Shown one piece after another: positions 1-9,500 of a stretch of 64,000 bases of DNA. Where the stretch lies: NCBI GenBank assembly GCA_964628585.1, contig CAZVMH010000005.1, positions 2,491 through 66,490 on the forward strand, in the 5' to 3' direction. Origin of the DNA: an uncultured Candidatus Saccharibacteria bacterium (GTDB lineage: Bacteria > Patescibacteriota > UBA1384 > XYA2-FULL-43-10 > 1-14-0-10-43-13). The notes below the pieces were generated by a model, which saw only the letters and a program-made list of their open reading frames with translations, did not search any database and was not told the DNA's origin. Positions within the stretch are counted from its first letter, which is position 1; every line of letters begins with the position of its first letter. The translations under genes and the position numbers were made by a program.

Positions 1-170
1 ATTTAATTTGTGATTGCGAAGTGGCGTTTGCGACAAAATCACTGGGGGCTGCTGGTGCTACGGCATGAGCGACTAATATTTTTGTAAGAATTAACGAAAC
101 AAAAATAACCAAACCAATAATTTTACCAACAAACCAATACTTATTTTTGTATTTAATAAATTTTTTCATT
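1..170 (-). CDS. N-terminal fragment (about 57 aa) of a further paralogous giant surface protein that runs off the window edge. It has a signal anchor (MKKFIKYKNKYWFVGKIIGLVIFVSLIL) followed by APSDFVANATSQSQI, which resembles the first Fn3 repeat of the downstream paralogs.
   Basis: Manual translation of the reverse complement of 1-170. ATG at 168-170. Hydrophobic anchor plus an Fn3-like start similar to paralog C (SAPSGLTATAVSPSQINLTW). Not in the ORF track because it is truncated. Confidence 0.45.
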
Positions 171-227
171 TATATAACTTTTAATTATGTAATTGAACCA
201 CTCTTTTTCTTATTATATCAATAAATA

Positions 228-3032
228 TCAGTCAACCTCAACTTTAAAGGTGACTTCGCGGGTGTCGTTGGGGTTTACCTGGCCGAGGTTCCAGGTGATT
301 TTACCGTTACTGTATTGTCCCTCGCCGGTGGCGGAATTGGTAACATATGTCGTCCCGTCAGGAATTTCATTGGATAAGATATTATTGCTTCCCGTGAAGG
401 TGTAAGGTGTGGGGTTGGTGATCTTTAAAGTATAGGTGATCTCCTGGCCGTGATTGGCGCTTGTACAACCTTCTGTCCCCCCACAACTTGATGTCTGCTC
501 GACTTTTAGATAGTCGTAGTAGAGGTCGGCAACTGCTAATAATGGATCAAGACCCGAAAAGTATATACTATCATCTAAAATGGCAATTCCTTTTTCACTC
601 TGATCTGATGAAGGTAAATAACCAATTTCAGTTGACTGAGAAGGATTGGTGACATCAATAATTTGTATACCGTTATAGTCTGCTGATGAACTAAAATTAT
701 TAACATATGCTTTATTTTGAACAATTGTGATATTTCTGCAAGAGCTAACTTTTGGGACAATAGTTTTAATTAATTGGGGATTGTTAGGCACATTAATATC
801 AACAACAAGTGTACCGTTAGCATCAGCTGTTAAAAAAGCAAATGTACCTTGAATCGCAACATCTCTTATATAATTATTAACACTAGGGGTGATGACATTG
901 GGATATAAATAAGGAGCAGATAGATTAGCAACATTAGCAACTCGCATATTTTCAGTGTTAGCGATATAAGCATAGATACCACTTACAGCTACTGCTGACG
1001 GGCTTCCGTTAGTGTTTAAAGTCGATTTTTTAATTGGATTTTGGGGATTATTTATATCGTAAATTAGTAAACCTTCACTTGTATTAGCGATAAATAATAA
1101 ATTATTTTTTACTGTGACACCACGTGGATAGTGAGAAGCATCTATTGTCGACAACAGAGACGGATTAAGAGGATTTCTAATATCAATTATTTTTATTGAT
1201 GAATAGGTGGAAGAAGATGAAGGTGGTGTATCGGCTAACACAATATAATCATTACCATAAAACGTGGAATCAAGAACCTTATTAGTATTTATTGCACCTA
1301 CTTGATAAGATTGTTTTTGGTTAATTATTTTATAAATATATAATTTTGATTGATAAGCGCTGTAGGTAGCAACATATAAATATTCACCTTTAATATTAAT
1401 TGAGCTAATATAATCTGTACTAGATATAAGAGACGTTACTATTGGGGCAAGTGGATTATTTACATCCGTTAATACTAAACCGCCGTACATTTCAGCAATA
1501 CCGAGAATATTATGGCAACTAATATCGATACTGTTATAATACGTATGACCGTGATGATTCTGAAAATTTTTGTATTTTGGGTAAAAAGGGTCCGATATAT
1601 CGTAAACAGCAAATCCATTATAATCATAACTATAAGCAAAACTGCCAATATATAAATAATTATTTAATATTTTAATACTCATGTTTACTTCACCCTCAGT
1701 TAAGTCATGGGTGTAAAATTTAATATCATCTGGATTATTAATTTCAAATATATACATATTTTCATTAGTTATTACATAAGCATAATTATTTTGGATCGCA
1801 ACATCAATGACAGAACCTTCAGTTTCGATTGTTTTAATAATAATAGGTAATTTTACATCGCTTATATTTAGTAACAAAATCCCAGTTCCGTCTGCGATTA
1901 CTGCTTTACCGTTATTAACTACTATTGACCTAGAAACTCCTGGGGTATCAAATATGCTAATTACTACAGGCATAATAGGATATGTTATATCATAAGTTAT
2001 TAAGCCAGCATCATAGCACGCTATAAATAATTTATTGTCTGATATATATAAACCGTAACTATAATCTGGGGTTTCCATAACCTTTACAATTTCGGGTTTA
2101 AATTTATCTGTGATATTTATTATAGATATATTTTTACCATTGCTAACGTAAACATAATTTTTATCATCCTCGATGATATCATATGCTTTATCTTCAAGCT
2201 TTACAGAACTTATTATGAGTGGATTATTGGGATTATGAACATCAGCAATTTGCATATTTTTATCAGATCCAATGTATAGATAATTACCATCTTTTGAGAA
2301 TTTGGGTACATATACGTTTTCGCCAACCATTGGCAACTCTCTCACTATTTTTGGGTTGACGCCGGTATACTTGTAGGTCGGGGTGGCGGAGGCGGTGTTG
2401 GTGTATTCGGTAAATGTTGTGTCGTTGAGTTTGCCTCTAACCTTGTAGTAGTAGGTGGTGTCGGCGACAAGGTCGGTGGTATCCGTGTAGGTGACGGTGT
2501 TGGCCGGCAGTGTGGCAAGAACGCTGAAGTGTTGGTCGTCGCCCTGGCTTTTCTCAACAATGTAGTTGGTCTCAATACCGGTGTGGTCTTGCCAGGCAAG
2601 ATTGATTTTAAGCGAGTCGGTCGCGGCTGTGGCGGTCAGGTTGGTGGGCGGATTGATGGGGATGGTGGCAGAGACGGTTGGGGTTGGTGGCGAAGGATTA
2701 TACGACGAATCGCGAGCTACGAGGTTAAAGTAGCGAGTATCGCCTTCGGTCAGTGGATTAGGCAAGGTATAGTTTGTCGTATCAGCTGGTCGAGTGGTCA
2801 GGTAATATAAGTTTGCGGCAGTTGTCCCCCATCTTATTTGATAATCTGTCTCACCGGCAACATCATCCCAGGTCAGTTTGATCTTGTTTGTCTCAACGAT
2901 AGTGGCTTTAAAATTTGTTGGTGTTGCCGGAACAGCCAAAACTGGCATTGCTCCCAAACTGAAAGTATACGCCAAAAAGATAATCGTTAAGACAACATTA
3001 GTAATACGTTTTAGTTTTGCATGCTTTAGCAT
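228..3032 (-). CDS. Giant secreted/cell-surface protein, paralog A (934 aa). Domains: signal peptide, Fn3 repeats, LVIVD-like beta-propeller repeats, C-terminal DUF11-like module with a CGGTEGC motif.
   Basis: N-terminal hydrophobic signal (VVLTIIFLAYTFSLGAMPVLA). Fn3-like segments (KIKLTWDDVAGETDYQIRWGTT; LTATAATDSLKINLAWQDHTGIETNYIVEKS). Repeated YAYV/LYIA...GLLIYDI blocks typical of LVIVD propellers. C-terminus ADLYYDYLKVEQTSSCGGTEGCTS...ITYTLKITNPTPYTFTG...KITWNLGQVNPNDTREVTFKVEVD is shared with the next two genes. SD-like AAGGAAAtttATG upstream. Confidence 0.85.
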   Translation of the reverse strand: MLKHAKLKRITNVVLTIIFLAYTFSLGAMPVLAVPATPTNFKATIVETNKIKLTWDDVAGETDYQIRWGTTAANLYYLTTRPADTTNYTLPNPLTEGDTRYFNLVARDSSYNPSPPTPTVSATIPINPPTNLTATAATDSLKINLAWQDHTGIETNYIVEKSQGDDQHFSVLATLPANTVTYTDTTDLVADTTYYYKVRGKLNDTTFTEYTNTASATPTYKYTGVNPKIVRELPMVGENVYVPKFSKDGNYLYIGSDKNMQIADVHNPNNPLIISSVKLEDKAYDIIEDDKNYVYVSNGKNISIINITDKFKPEIVKVMETPDYSYGLYISDNKLFIACYDAGLITYDITYPIMPVVISIFDTPGVSRSIVVNNGKAVIADGTGILLLNISDVKLPIIIKTIETEGSVIDVAIQNNYAYVITNENMYIFEINNPDDIKFYTHDLTEGEVNMSIKILNNYLYIGSFAYSYDYNGFAVYDISDPFYPKYKNFQNHHGHTYYNSIDISCHNILGIAEMYGGLVLTDVNNPLAPIVTSLISSTDYISSINIKGEYLYVATYSAYQSKLYIYKIINQKQSYQVGAINTNKVLDSTFYGNDYIVLADTPPSSSSTYSSIKIIDIRNPLNPSLLSTIDASHYPRGVTVKNNLLFIANTSEGLLIYDINNPQNPIKKSTLNTNGSPSAVAVSGIYAYIANTENMRVANVANLSAPYLYPNVITPSVNNYIRDVAIQGTFAFLTADANGTLVVDINVPNNPQLIKTIVPKVSSCRNITIVQNKAYVNNFSSSADYNGIQIIDVTNPSQSTEIGYLPSSDQSEKGIAILDDSIYFSGLDPLLAVADLYYDYLKVEQTSSCGGTEGCTSANHGQEITYTLKITNPTPYTFTGSNNILSNEIPDGTTYVTNSATGEGQYSNGKITWNLGQVNPNDTREVTFKVEVD

Positions 3033-3052
3033 AAATTTCCTTGTATACTTTT

Positions 3053-6000
3053 TTAATCTACCTTGACCTTGAAAGTGACTTCGCGTGTGTCGTTGGGGTT
3101 TACTTGACCGAGGTTCCAGGTGACTTTGCCATTACCAAATGTTCCCCCACCGGTGGCTGAATTGGCAACATATGTTGTGTTGGCGGGAATGGGGTTAGAT
3201 AAAATATTATTGTTGCCAGTAAATGTATACGGCGTCGGGTTGGTGATCTTTAAGGTATAGGTAATCTCTTGGTTATGCGTAGCGCTTGTGCACCCCTCTG
3301 TCCCCCCACAACTTGATGTCTGCTCGACTTTCATATAGTCGTAGTAGAGGTCGGCAACCATAGTTAATTCTGCGTCATTTGCCAAATAGACGTAACGTCC
3401 GTCAACTGAGAGAGCTTGAGTACGCCTTCCCCCGTCTGATAAAAAAGCCAGATCAGTAAGTATTGACGGCGTCGAAATATCAAAAAACTTAAAACCGTTC
3501 TCAGCGCTTAAGTAGCTAAAGCACGATGCGAACAACTTGTTTCCGGAGACAGTTATAGATGTGGCAGAGCTTGATATAGGTAACGATCCTGTACCGCCTT
3601 TTACGGGGCTCTGCGGTACTGTGACATTGATAATTTGAATAGTATTGACAATGCCGACATAGGCATAGCTATCTTTGGCGTCAACACTCACTAGTGTACC
3701 GGTTAATGTCAGCGTACCAATAAAACTAGCGCTAAGAGGATTGGCAATACTTAAAACCTTAAAAGTATCTTCACCGACAGTATAGGCGTAAGTACCTGAT
3801 ATGGCAATGTCACGAATCAACTTTTGCGAGCCCAATGTTTTTACGACCTTTGCTTGAGTAATATCAATAATAAGTAGGTTATTTATATCGCCGAGAGTGC
3901 GACCACCTATATACGCATAATTGCCGGCTGTCGCAACAGCTTGCAAATATTTATAATCACCAAAGGTCATGGTATTTATTAAATTTGGACTGGCCGGATT
4001 ACGAATGTCAATGATGGCTAATTTGTTGTTTTCGCAAATAACCAAGGCGTGGTGATTATTATCAAGGGCTATTTTTAACGGTTCACTAATATTGAAACTT
4101 TTAACATGAAGTGGCTTTTCGGGAGTTCCGCGCTGTTTAATATCATAGATGTATATTTTGTCCTGGACACCGGACTCGGGTATAACATAGAGATAATTGC
4201 CGTCTGTGACGTTATCTTTTGCTGTCATTGATTGTGGCATGACTGATAATATTGTTGAACTTTCTGGTGTAGCAACATCGACAATTGAAATGCCTCCGTA
4301 CGATTCAGCTAAAATAGCGATATTTTCCTTAACATCAATACCGCCATAATACGGTTGACCAGTAATTTGTACAAATTTTATTTCTTGAGGTACGGGCGAG
4401 GATATGTTAAATATTTGCAAGCCGTTAGACGTACTTAAGCCGGATCTGGTATTAACATAAGCAAAATTATTTTGAATTTTAACACCATTAATAGCACCGT
4501 ATAAAATTGGTCTACCGTTACCTAAGTACTGTGGTTGACTCGGGTCTTGAATATTTAGGGCAACAAGGCCGACATCACTACCAACACACAGATAGGCATT
4601 GCCGTTAGGGGCAATATCGATATCGAGAATCGGATTTCCGGCGTCGTAGATACCAAAAGAAGGTATTTGACCATTTCTGGCTGCTAATTCAAAATTAGCC
4701 GGTGTCGTTGTTAGTACTTGTTTATTTGAGTTGTTTCCTATTAAAACAATATTGTCATTGGCGGCAATAGTAGTAATAGCACCATTAATATTAATAGTAC
4801 CGATAGTTGTAGCAAGATACGGGTTTGTAATATCAACTAGAGCGGCGCCGCTGGTGTAAACGGCAAGATAGACATGATTGTTGTTGATTGCTATATCTTG
4901 TAAATAATTTGGAAAATCGATTGTTTTAATAACACGCGGTTTGAGGGGGTCAAAGACATTAACGATTTTTAAGGAATGATCGTCAATAACATATAAATAA
5001 CCGTTGTTGTCTAATTCTAAATCGGAAGGGCCAGCCATTTCCAAACTAGATAATATCAAAGGTTGATTTGGGACGCTAATATCAACGATACGTAGACTTT
5101 TAATATTACCATCAGTAACATACGCATATTGTTTATCTTGAGATATTATTACTTTGCTAGCATCGCCTATTGTCGGTGTCTTGCCAATCCACCCCGGGTT
5201 AATGCCGGTGTATTTGTAGGTTGGGGTGACAAAGACGGTGTTGGTGTATTCGGTAAATGTTGTATCGTTGAGTTTGCCTCTGACCTTGTAATAGTAGGTG
5301 GTGTCGGCAACAAGGTCGGTGGTATCTTCAAAGATTACGGTGTTGGCCGGCAGTGTGGCAAGAACGGTAAAGTTGCTCTCATCATTAGGGCTTCGTTCTA
5401 AGATGTAGTTGGTCTCAATAGTGGTGTGGTCTTGCCAGGCAAGGTTGATTTTAAGCGAGTCGGTAGCCGGTGTGGCGGTCAGGTTGGTGGGCGGATTGAT
5501 GGGGATGGTGGCAGAGACGGTTTCGGTGGGGGCCGAGCAACCGTAAACGTCGTGGCAGGCCTTTAGAGAAAAGTATCTGGTGTCGCCTTCGTTTAATGTA
5601 TAAGTGTAGATATAGCTGGTGGTGTTGGCGGAAGGATAAAAGAGATAGACAAGATTGTTTGGTGTTGTGCCGTAGTCCAGGCGATATTTGCTTTCACCAG
5701 CCACATCATCCCAGGTCAGTTTAATCTTGTTTGTCTCATAGACGGAGGCCGTAAAGTTGGCAGGCGTTGGCGGTGGCGGCGGGGTAGCCAAAGTTGTTGC
5801 CGTAACTTGTTGGTCGGCGCAGATTTCTTTACCGGCGTAGTAGTTAAAAGCGCATAAACGATAGGTGTAGGTTGTTGAGGGCAATAAGGAGGTATTGTCT
5901 GAATATGACCCTGGCGAGGCATCTGCTGATTGATTGTAGTCGCCGCTGCCACCGGTGCGGTAGAGCTTAATTTGGCTGTAATTGCCGCTATTGGTATTGG

Positions 6001-6481
6001 CCTGATTAGACCAGGTGAGGTTGATTCTGTCATAGGCAACGCCTTGGGCTGACAGGTTGTAGGGCGGGCCGTCTAAAGTGGTGGTAAATGCATAGGACGA
6101 AGAAGTTGACTCACCGTATATATTGTAGGGTAAGACCTTGTAATAGTAGGCGGTATAGCCCTTAAGGCCTGTGTCTTGGTAACTGGTTGCATCAACACCG
6201 GCTTCGCCAACCTGCTCCCAGGGACCGCCGTCCGACAAAGATCGTTTAATGTGGAAGCCCTGTTCGTCGGTAGCAGGACATGTCCACGTAAGATTTATTT
6301 GACTGTATGATATGGCTTTGGCGTTTAGACTGTAAACCTGTGTTGGCACACCGGCTCTGACAATTAAAATACCCAAAAACAAGACCGCCAAAGCCACACC
6401 GACACCGATTAAAACGCCGGTGAGAGTAAATTTACGCTTGGGTTTGGTTGGGGTTTGAGGTGATGATTGTTGCGTGTTCAT
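3053..6481 (-). CDS. Giant cell-surface protein, paralog B (1142 aa). Domains: N-terminal Lys/Pro-rich segment plus TM anchor, multiple Fn3 repeats, LVIVD-like beta-propeller, C-terminal DUF11-like module.
   Basis: N-terminus KPKRKFTLTGVLIGVGVALAVLFLGILIV (signal anchor). Several Fn3 units (INLTWTCPATDEQGFHIKRS; RINLTWSNQANTNSGNYSQIKLYR; KIKLTWDDVAGESKYRLDYGTT). The C-terminal 75 aa is nearly identical to paralogs A and C. RBS cAGGAGGgcaaaATG. Confidence 0.85.
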   Translation of the reverse strand: MNTQQSSPQTPTKPKRKFTLTGVLIGVGVALAVLFLGILIVRAGVPTQVYSLNAKAISYSQINLTWTCPATDEQGFHIKRSLSDGGPWEQVGEAGVDATSYQDTGLKGYTAYYYKVLPYNIYGESTSSSYAFTTTLDGPPYNLSAQGVAYDRINLTWSNQANTNSGNYSQIKLYRTGGSGDYNQSADASPGSYSDNTSLLPSTTYTYRLCAFNYYAGKEICADQQVTATTLATPPPPPTPANFTASVYETNKIKLTWDDVAGESKYRLDYGTTPNNLVYLFYPSANTTSYIYTYTLNEGDTRYFSLKACHDVYGCSAPTETVSATIPINPPTNLTATPATDSLKINLAWQDHTTIETNYILERSPNDESNFTVLATLPANTVIFEDTTDLVADTTYYYKVRGKLNDTTFTEYTNTVFVTPTYKYTGINPGWIGKTPTIGDASKVIISQDKQYAYVTDGNIKSLRIVDISVPNQPLILSSLEMAGPSDLELDNNGYLYVIDDHSLKIVNVFDPLKPRVIKTIDFPNYLQDIAINNNHVYLAVYTSGAALVDITNPYLATTIGTININGAITTIAANDNIVLIGNNSNKQVLTTTPANFELAARNGQIPSFGIYDAGNPILDIDIAPNGNAYLCVGSDVGLVALNIQDPSQPQYLGNGRPILYGAINGVKIQNNFAYVNTRSGLSTSNGLQIFNISSPVPQEIKFVQITGQPYYGGIDVKENIAILAESYGGISIVDVATPESSTILSVMPQSMTAKDNVTDGNYLYVIPESGVQDKIYIYDIKQRGTPEKPLHVKSFNISEPLKIALDNNHHALVICENNKLAIIDIRNPASPNLINTMTFGDYKYLQAVATAGNYAYIGGRTLGDINNLLIIDITQAKVVKTLGSQKLIRDIAISGTYAYTVGEDTFKVLSIANPLSASFIGTLTLTGTLVSVDAKDSYAYVGIVNTIQIINVTVPQSPVKGGTGSLPISSSATSITVSGNKLFASCFSYLSAENGFKFFDISTPSILTDLAFLSDGGRRTQALSVDGRYVYLANDAELTMVADLYYDYMKVEQTSSCGGTEGCTSATHNQEITYTLKITNPTPYTFTGNNNILSNPIPANTTYVANSATGGGTFGNGKVTWNLGQVNPNDTREVTFKVKVD

Positions 6482-6515
6482 TTTGCCCTCCTGATATTAC
6501 CCAACTACCACCTCC

Positions 6516-6532
6516 GGGGTGGAAGTTTGTCG
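6516..6532 (-). other. Short GC hairpin (CCACC-TCCGG-GGTGG) in the 61-bp spacer between paralog C stop and paralog B RBS. Possible attenuator or RNA-processing site within a polycistronic surface-protein transcript.
   Basis: Inverted repeat ccacctccggggtgg read directly. No T-run follows on the minus strand, so it is not a classic terminator. Confidence 0.3.
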
Positions 6533-6542
6533 GTTAAATTAG

Positions 6543-9500
6543 TTAATTGACCGTTACCTTAAAGCTCACTTCCCTTTCCTCGTTGGGGTTTACTTGACCG
6601 AGGTTCCAGGTGATTTTACCGCTACCGTATTGTCCCCCGCCGGTGACAGAACCCTGAACATATGTTGTTCCGTCAGGAATTTCATTGCTTAAAATATTAT
6701 TGTTGCCAGTAAATGTATACGGTGTGGGGTTGGTAATCTTTAAAGTATAGGTAATCTCTTGGCCGTGATTGGCGCTTGTGCACCCCTCTGTCCCCCCACA
6801 ACTTGATGTCTGCTCGACTTTTAAATAGTCGTAGTAGAGGTCGGCAACCTCGACAAGGTACTTTTCGTCTGTGATATATGCATAACGTCCGTTGGCGGTT
6901 GCTGCCATGGCATGGAAAGATGATTGTAAAAAAGCTTTTTCAGTAGCCATCGTTGGATTAGAAATATCGATTATTTGTAAACCATTATTGAAAAAATTCC
7001 AACTATAGTTGGCAATATAAACTAAGTTATTTTGTAAAAATACACTATAAGCCATATCGCGTGGTATGACTTCTCTAACAATAGAGGCATTAAATGGGTT
7101 GGTAGTTAAATTAACAATAAGCGTGCCTTGATTGAAAGCGGCAACATAGGCATAATTATTTGCCCCTACAGCAACATCGTGTGTTGTCTGTGTTGTCGCG
7201 ATGGTTTTAATCCACGTTAACGCATTAGCGTTGCTAACATTTAAGAGAGTTATACCAGCCGTGCCATCGGCGATAACGGCCGTTGTGCCGTTTAAAGCTA
7301 CGCCAAATACTTGTCCTGGCGTGTTGTATGACCCCAGTTTTTTAAGTGATAAAACATTATTCATATCAACAATGACTAATCCCGCTTCATAACAGGCGGC
7401 ATATATTTTATTGTCTTTAATAGAAACATCAAGTACATAATCGGGCATCTCGATACCGGAAATAATTGTCGGTATTCGTGGGTTACTGACGTCAACGAGA
7501 CGAATATATTTATCGTCGCTAACTACAACATAATTGCCGGTTATTTCTAACGCAATTGGTGAAGTAAGTTTTAATGCTCCCACCTGTTCCGGATATTTTG
7601 GGTCGCTAATATCGTAAATGTATAAATAATCTTGTATGCCAGAGTTGCTAAAAGTGTATAAATGATTACCACTAGTGACAATTTTTCCTGATGGTATATT
7701 AATCGTTGGTATATAAGCAATGGCCCAAGTATTTGTAAGATCGTTAGTGTCAAATATCGCCAAGCCATATAAATTGCCACTGGCGACGCTGACAATACCA
7801 CCAAAACTAGACACACCGCCATAATTATTACCAGCGTTAAGCATAAAAGCGATTTCTTTTAAGCTATTGTCAGGGTTGCGCTGGGTAACATCAAATATCT
7901 GAAGACCGTTATGGGTGTTAGCACGACTCAAATTAGCCACGTATATACGGTTACCGGAAGTAGAAACCCCGATTGCATAATCTCTTTGTAAAGAGGTCGA
8001 AATAAGGATGGGAATAGATGGCGTTGAAAAGTCAATTTCCAATAAACCAGCATATCCGGCGGGAATATAAGCACGACCGTTTTCGGCAATTGTCACATTT
8101 CTCACAATAGAAGCTGTATCTGTAATCGGTATTGATGATAAGTGTTGCGCAGATTTTAGATCAATAATTGCCACACCCTCTGTGCCATCGGCGACAACGG
8201 CCGTATCACCTAATACGGCCACCGATGATGCCTGACCCGGGGTGTCAATAGTTGTATCGAGCAAACGGGGTATAGACCGATTACTGACATCAACAATTCT
8301 AAGACCGACAGAATAGTTAGCAATGTATATTTTCTCGTCAAGATAGAACAATCCATTAACATAGTCCGTCAGCTCAAGCTCTGAAACAGCAATCGGTCGT
8401 TTTGGGTCATTAATGTTGGCAATTTTTAATTTTTTATTTTCACCATAATAAATGTAGCCCTTTTCATCAACTTTAATATCAAAAATTTCTTTACCTGTAT
8501 CGACATTTATTCTGCTCGTCAACAACGGATTCGTTGGATCAGAAATATCAACAATTTGAAGACCAGTAGACGATCCAACATATGTGTAATGACCGTCATT
8601 AGACATAGCTGTATATTTGGTGCTTCCCATTGACGGAGTTTTACCGATCCATCCCGGGTTGACGCCTGTGTATTTGTAGGTTGGGGTGGCAAAGACGGTG
8701 TTGGTGTAATCGGTGAAGGTGGTGTCGTTGAGTTTGCCTCTGACCTTGTAGTAGTAGGTGGTGTCGGCAACAAGGTCGGTGGTATCCGTGTAGGTTACAG
8801 TGTTAGCGGGCAGTGTGGCAAGAATGGTGAAGTGTTGGTCGTCGCCCGGGCTTTTCTCAACAATGTAGTTGGTTTCAATAGTGGTGTGGTCTTGCCAGGC
8901 AAGATTGATTTTAAGCGAGTCGGTCGCGGCTGTGGCGGTCAGGTTGGTGGGCGGAAAGGTATTTGTTGTTGCTTGGGCAATTGTTGGCGAATCGGAACAA
9001 CCATCAGCATTACAGGCCTTGATGTTAAAGTAGTAGGTCTTGTTTTCTGTAAGATTATTTGTTGTATAGGTGGTAGCATTAGCCGGTAGAGCCGGTAGTA
9101 AGTTTAGAGTGTTGGGGTCTTCGCCTTGACGCAGTTCAAAGCGGGTTTCGTTGTCGGAATTGTCTTGCCAGGTTAGTTTGATCTTTGTTACTTCTTGTAT
9201 ATTAGCTTCAAGGTTGGTGGGCATAGCCGGTGGTGGATCTGGTGGTGGCGGAGAAAAAGTTGTTGCCGAGGCCGTCTCGGTTGAGCAGGTCTCGCCGTAC
9301 GAGTTTGTGGCGCAAATGCTAAAAGTATAAGTAGTATTGGGCAAAAGATTCGTTTCAGTATATGACGTTCTCGGAGAAGGTATCCATGTTTTAATATCCG
9401 AATAAGGGCCACCGCTTCTGTTAATAATGAACCAGTCCACAACAGGGGCATTGTTAGTCCAAGAAACATTAATCTCGGTCTGGGAAACAGCTGTGGCTGT

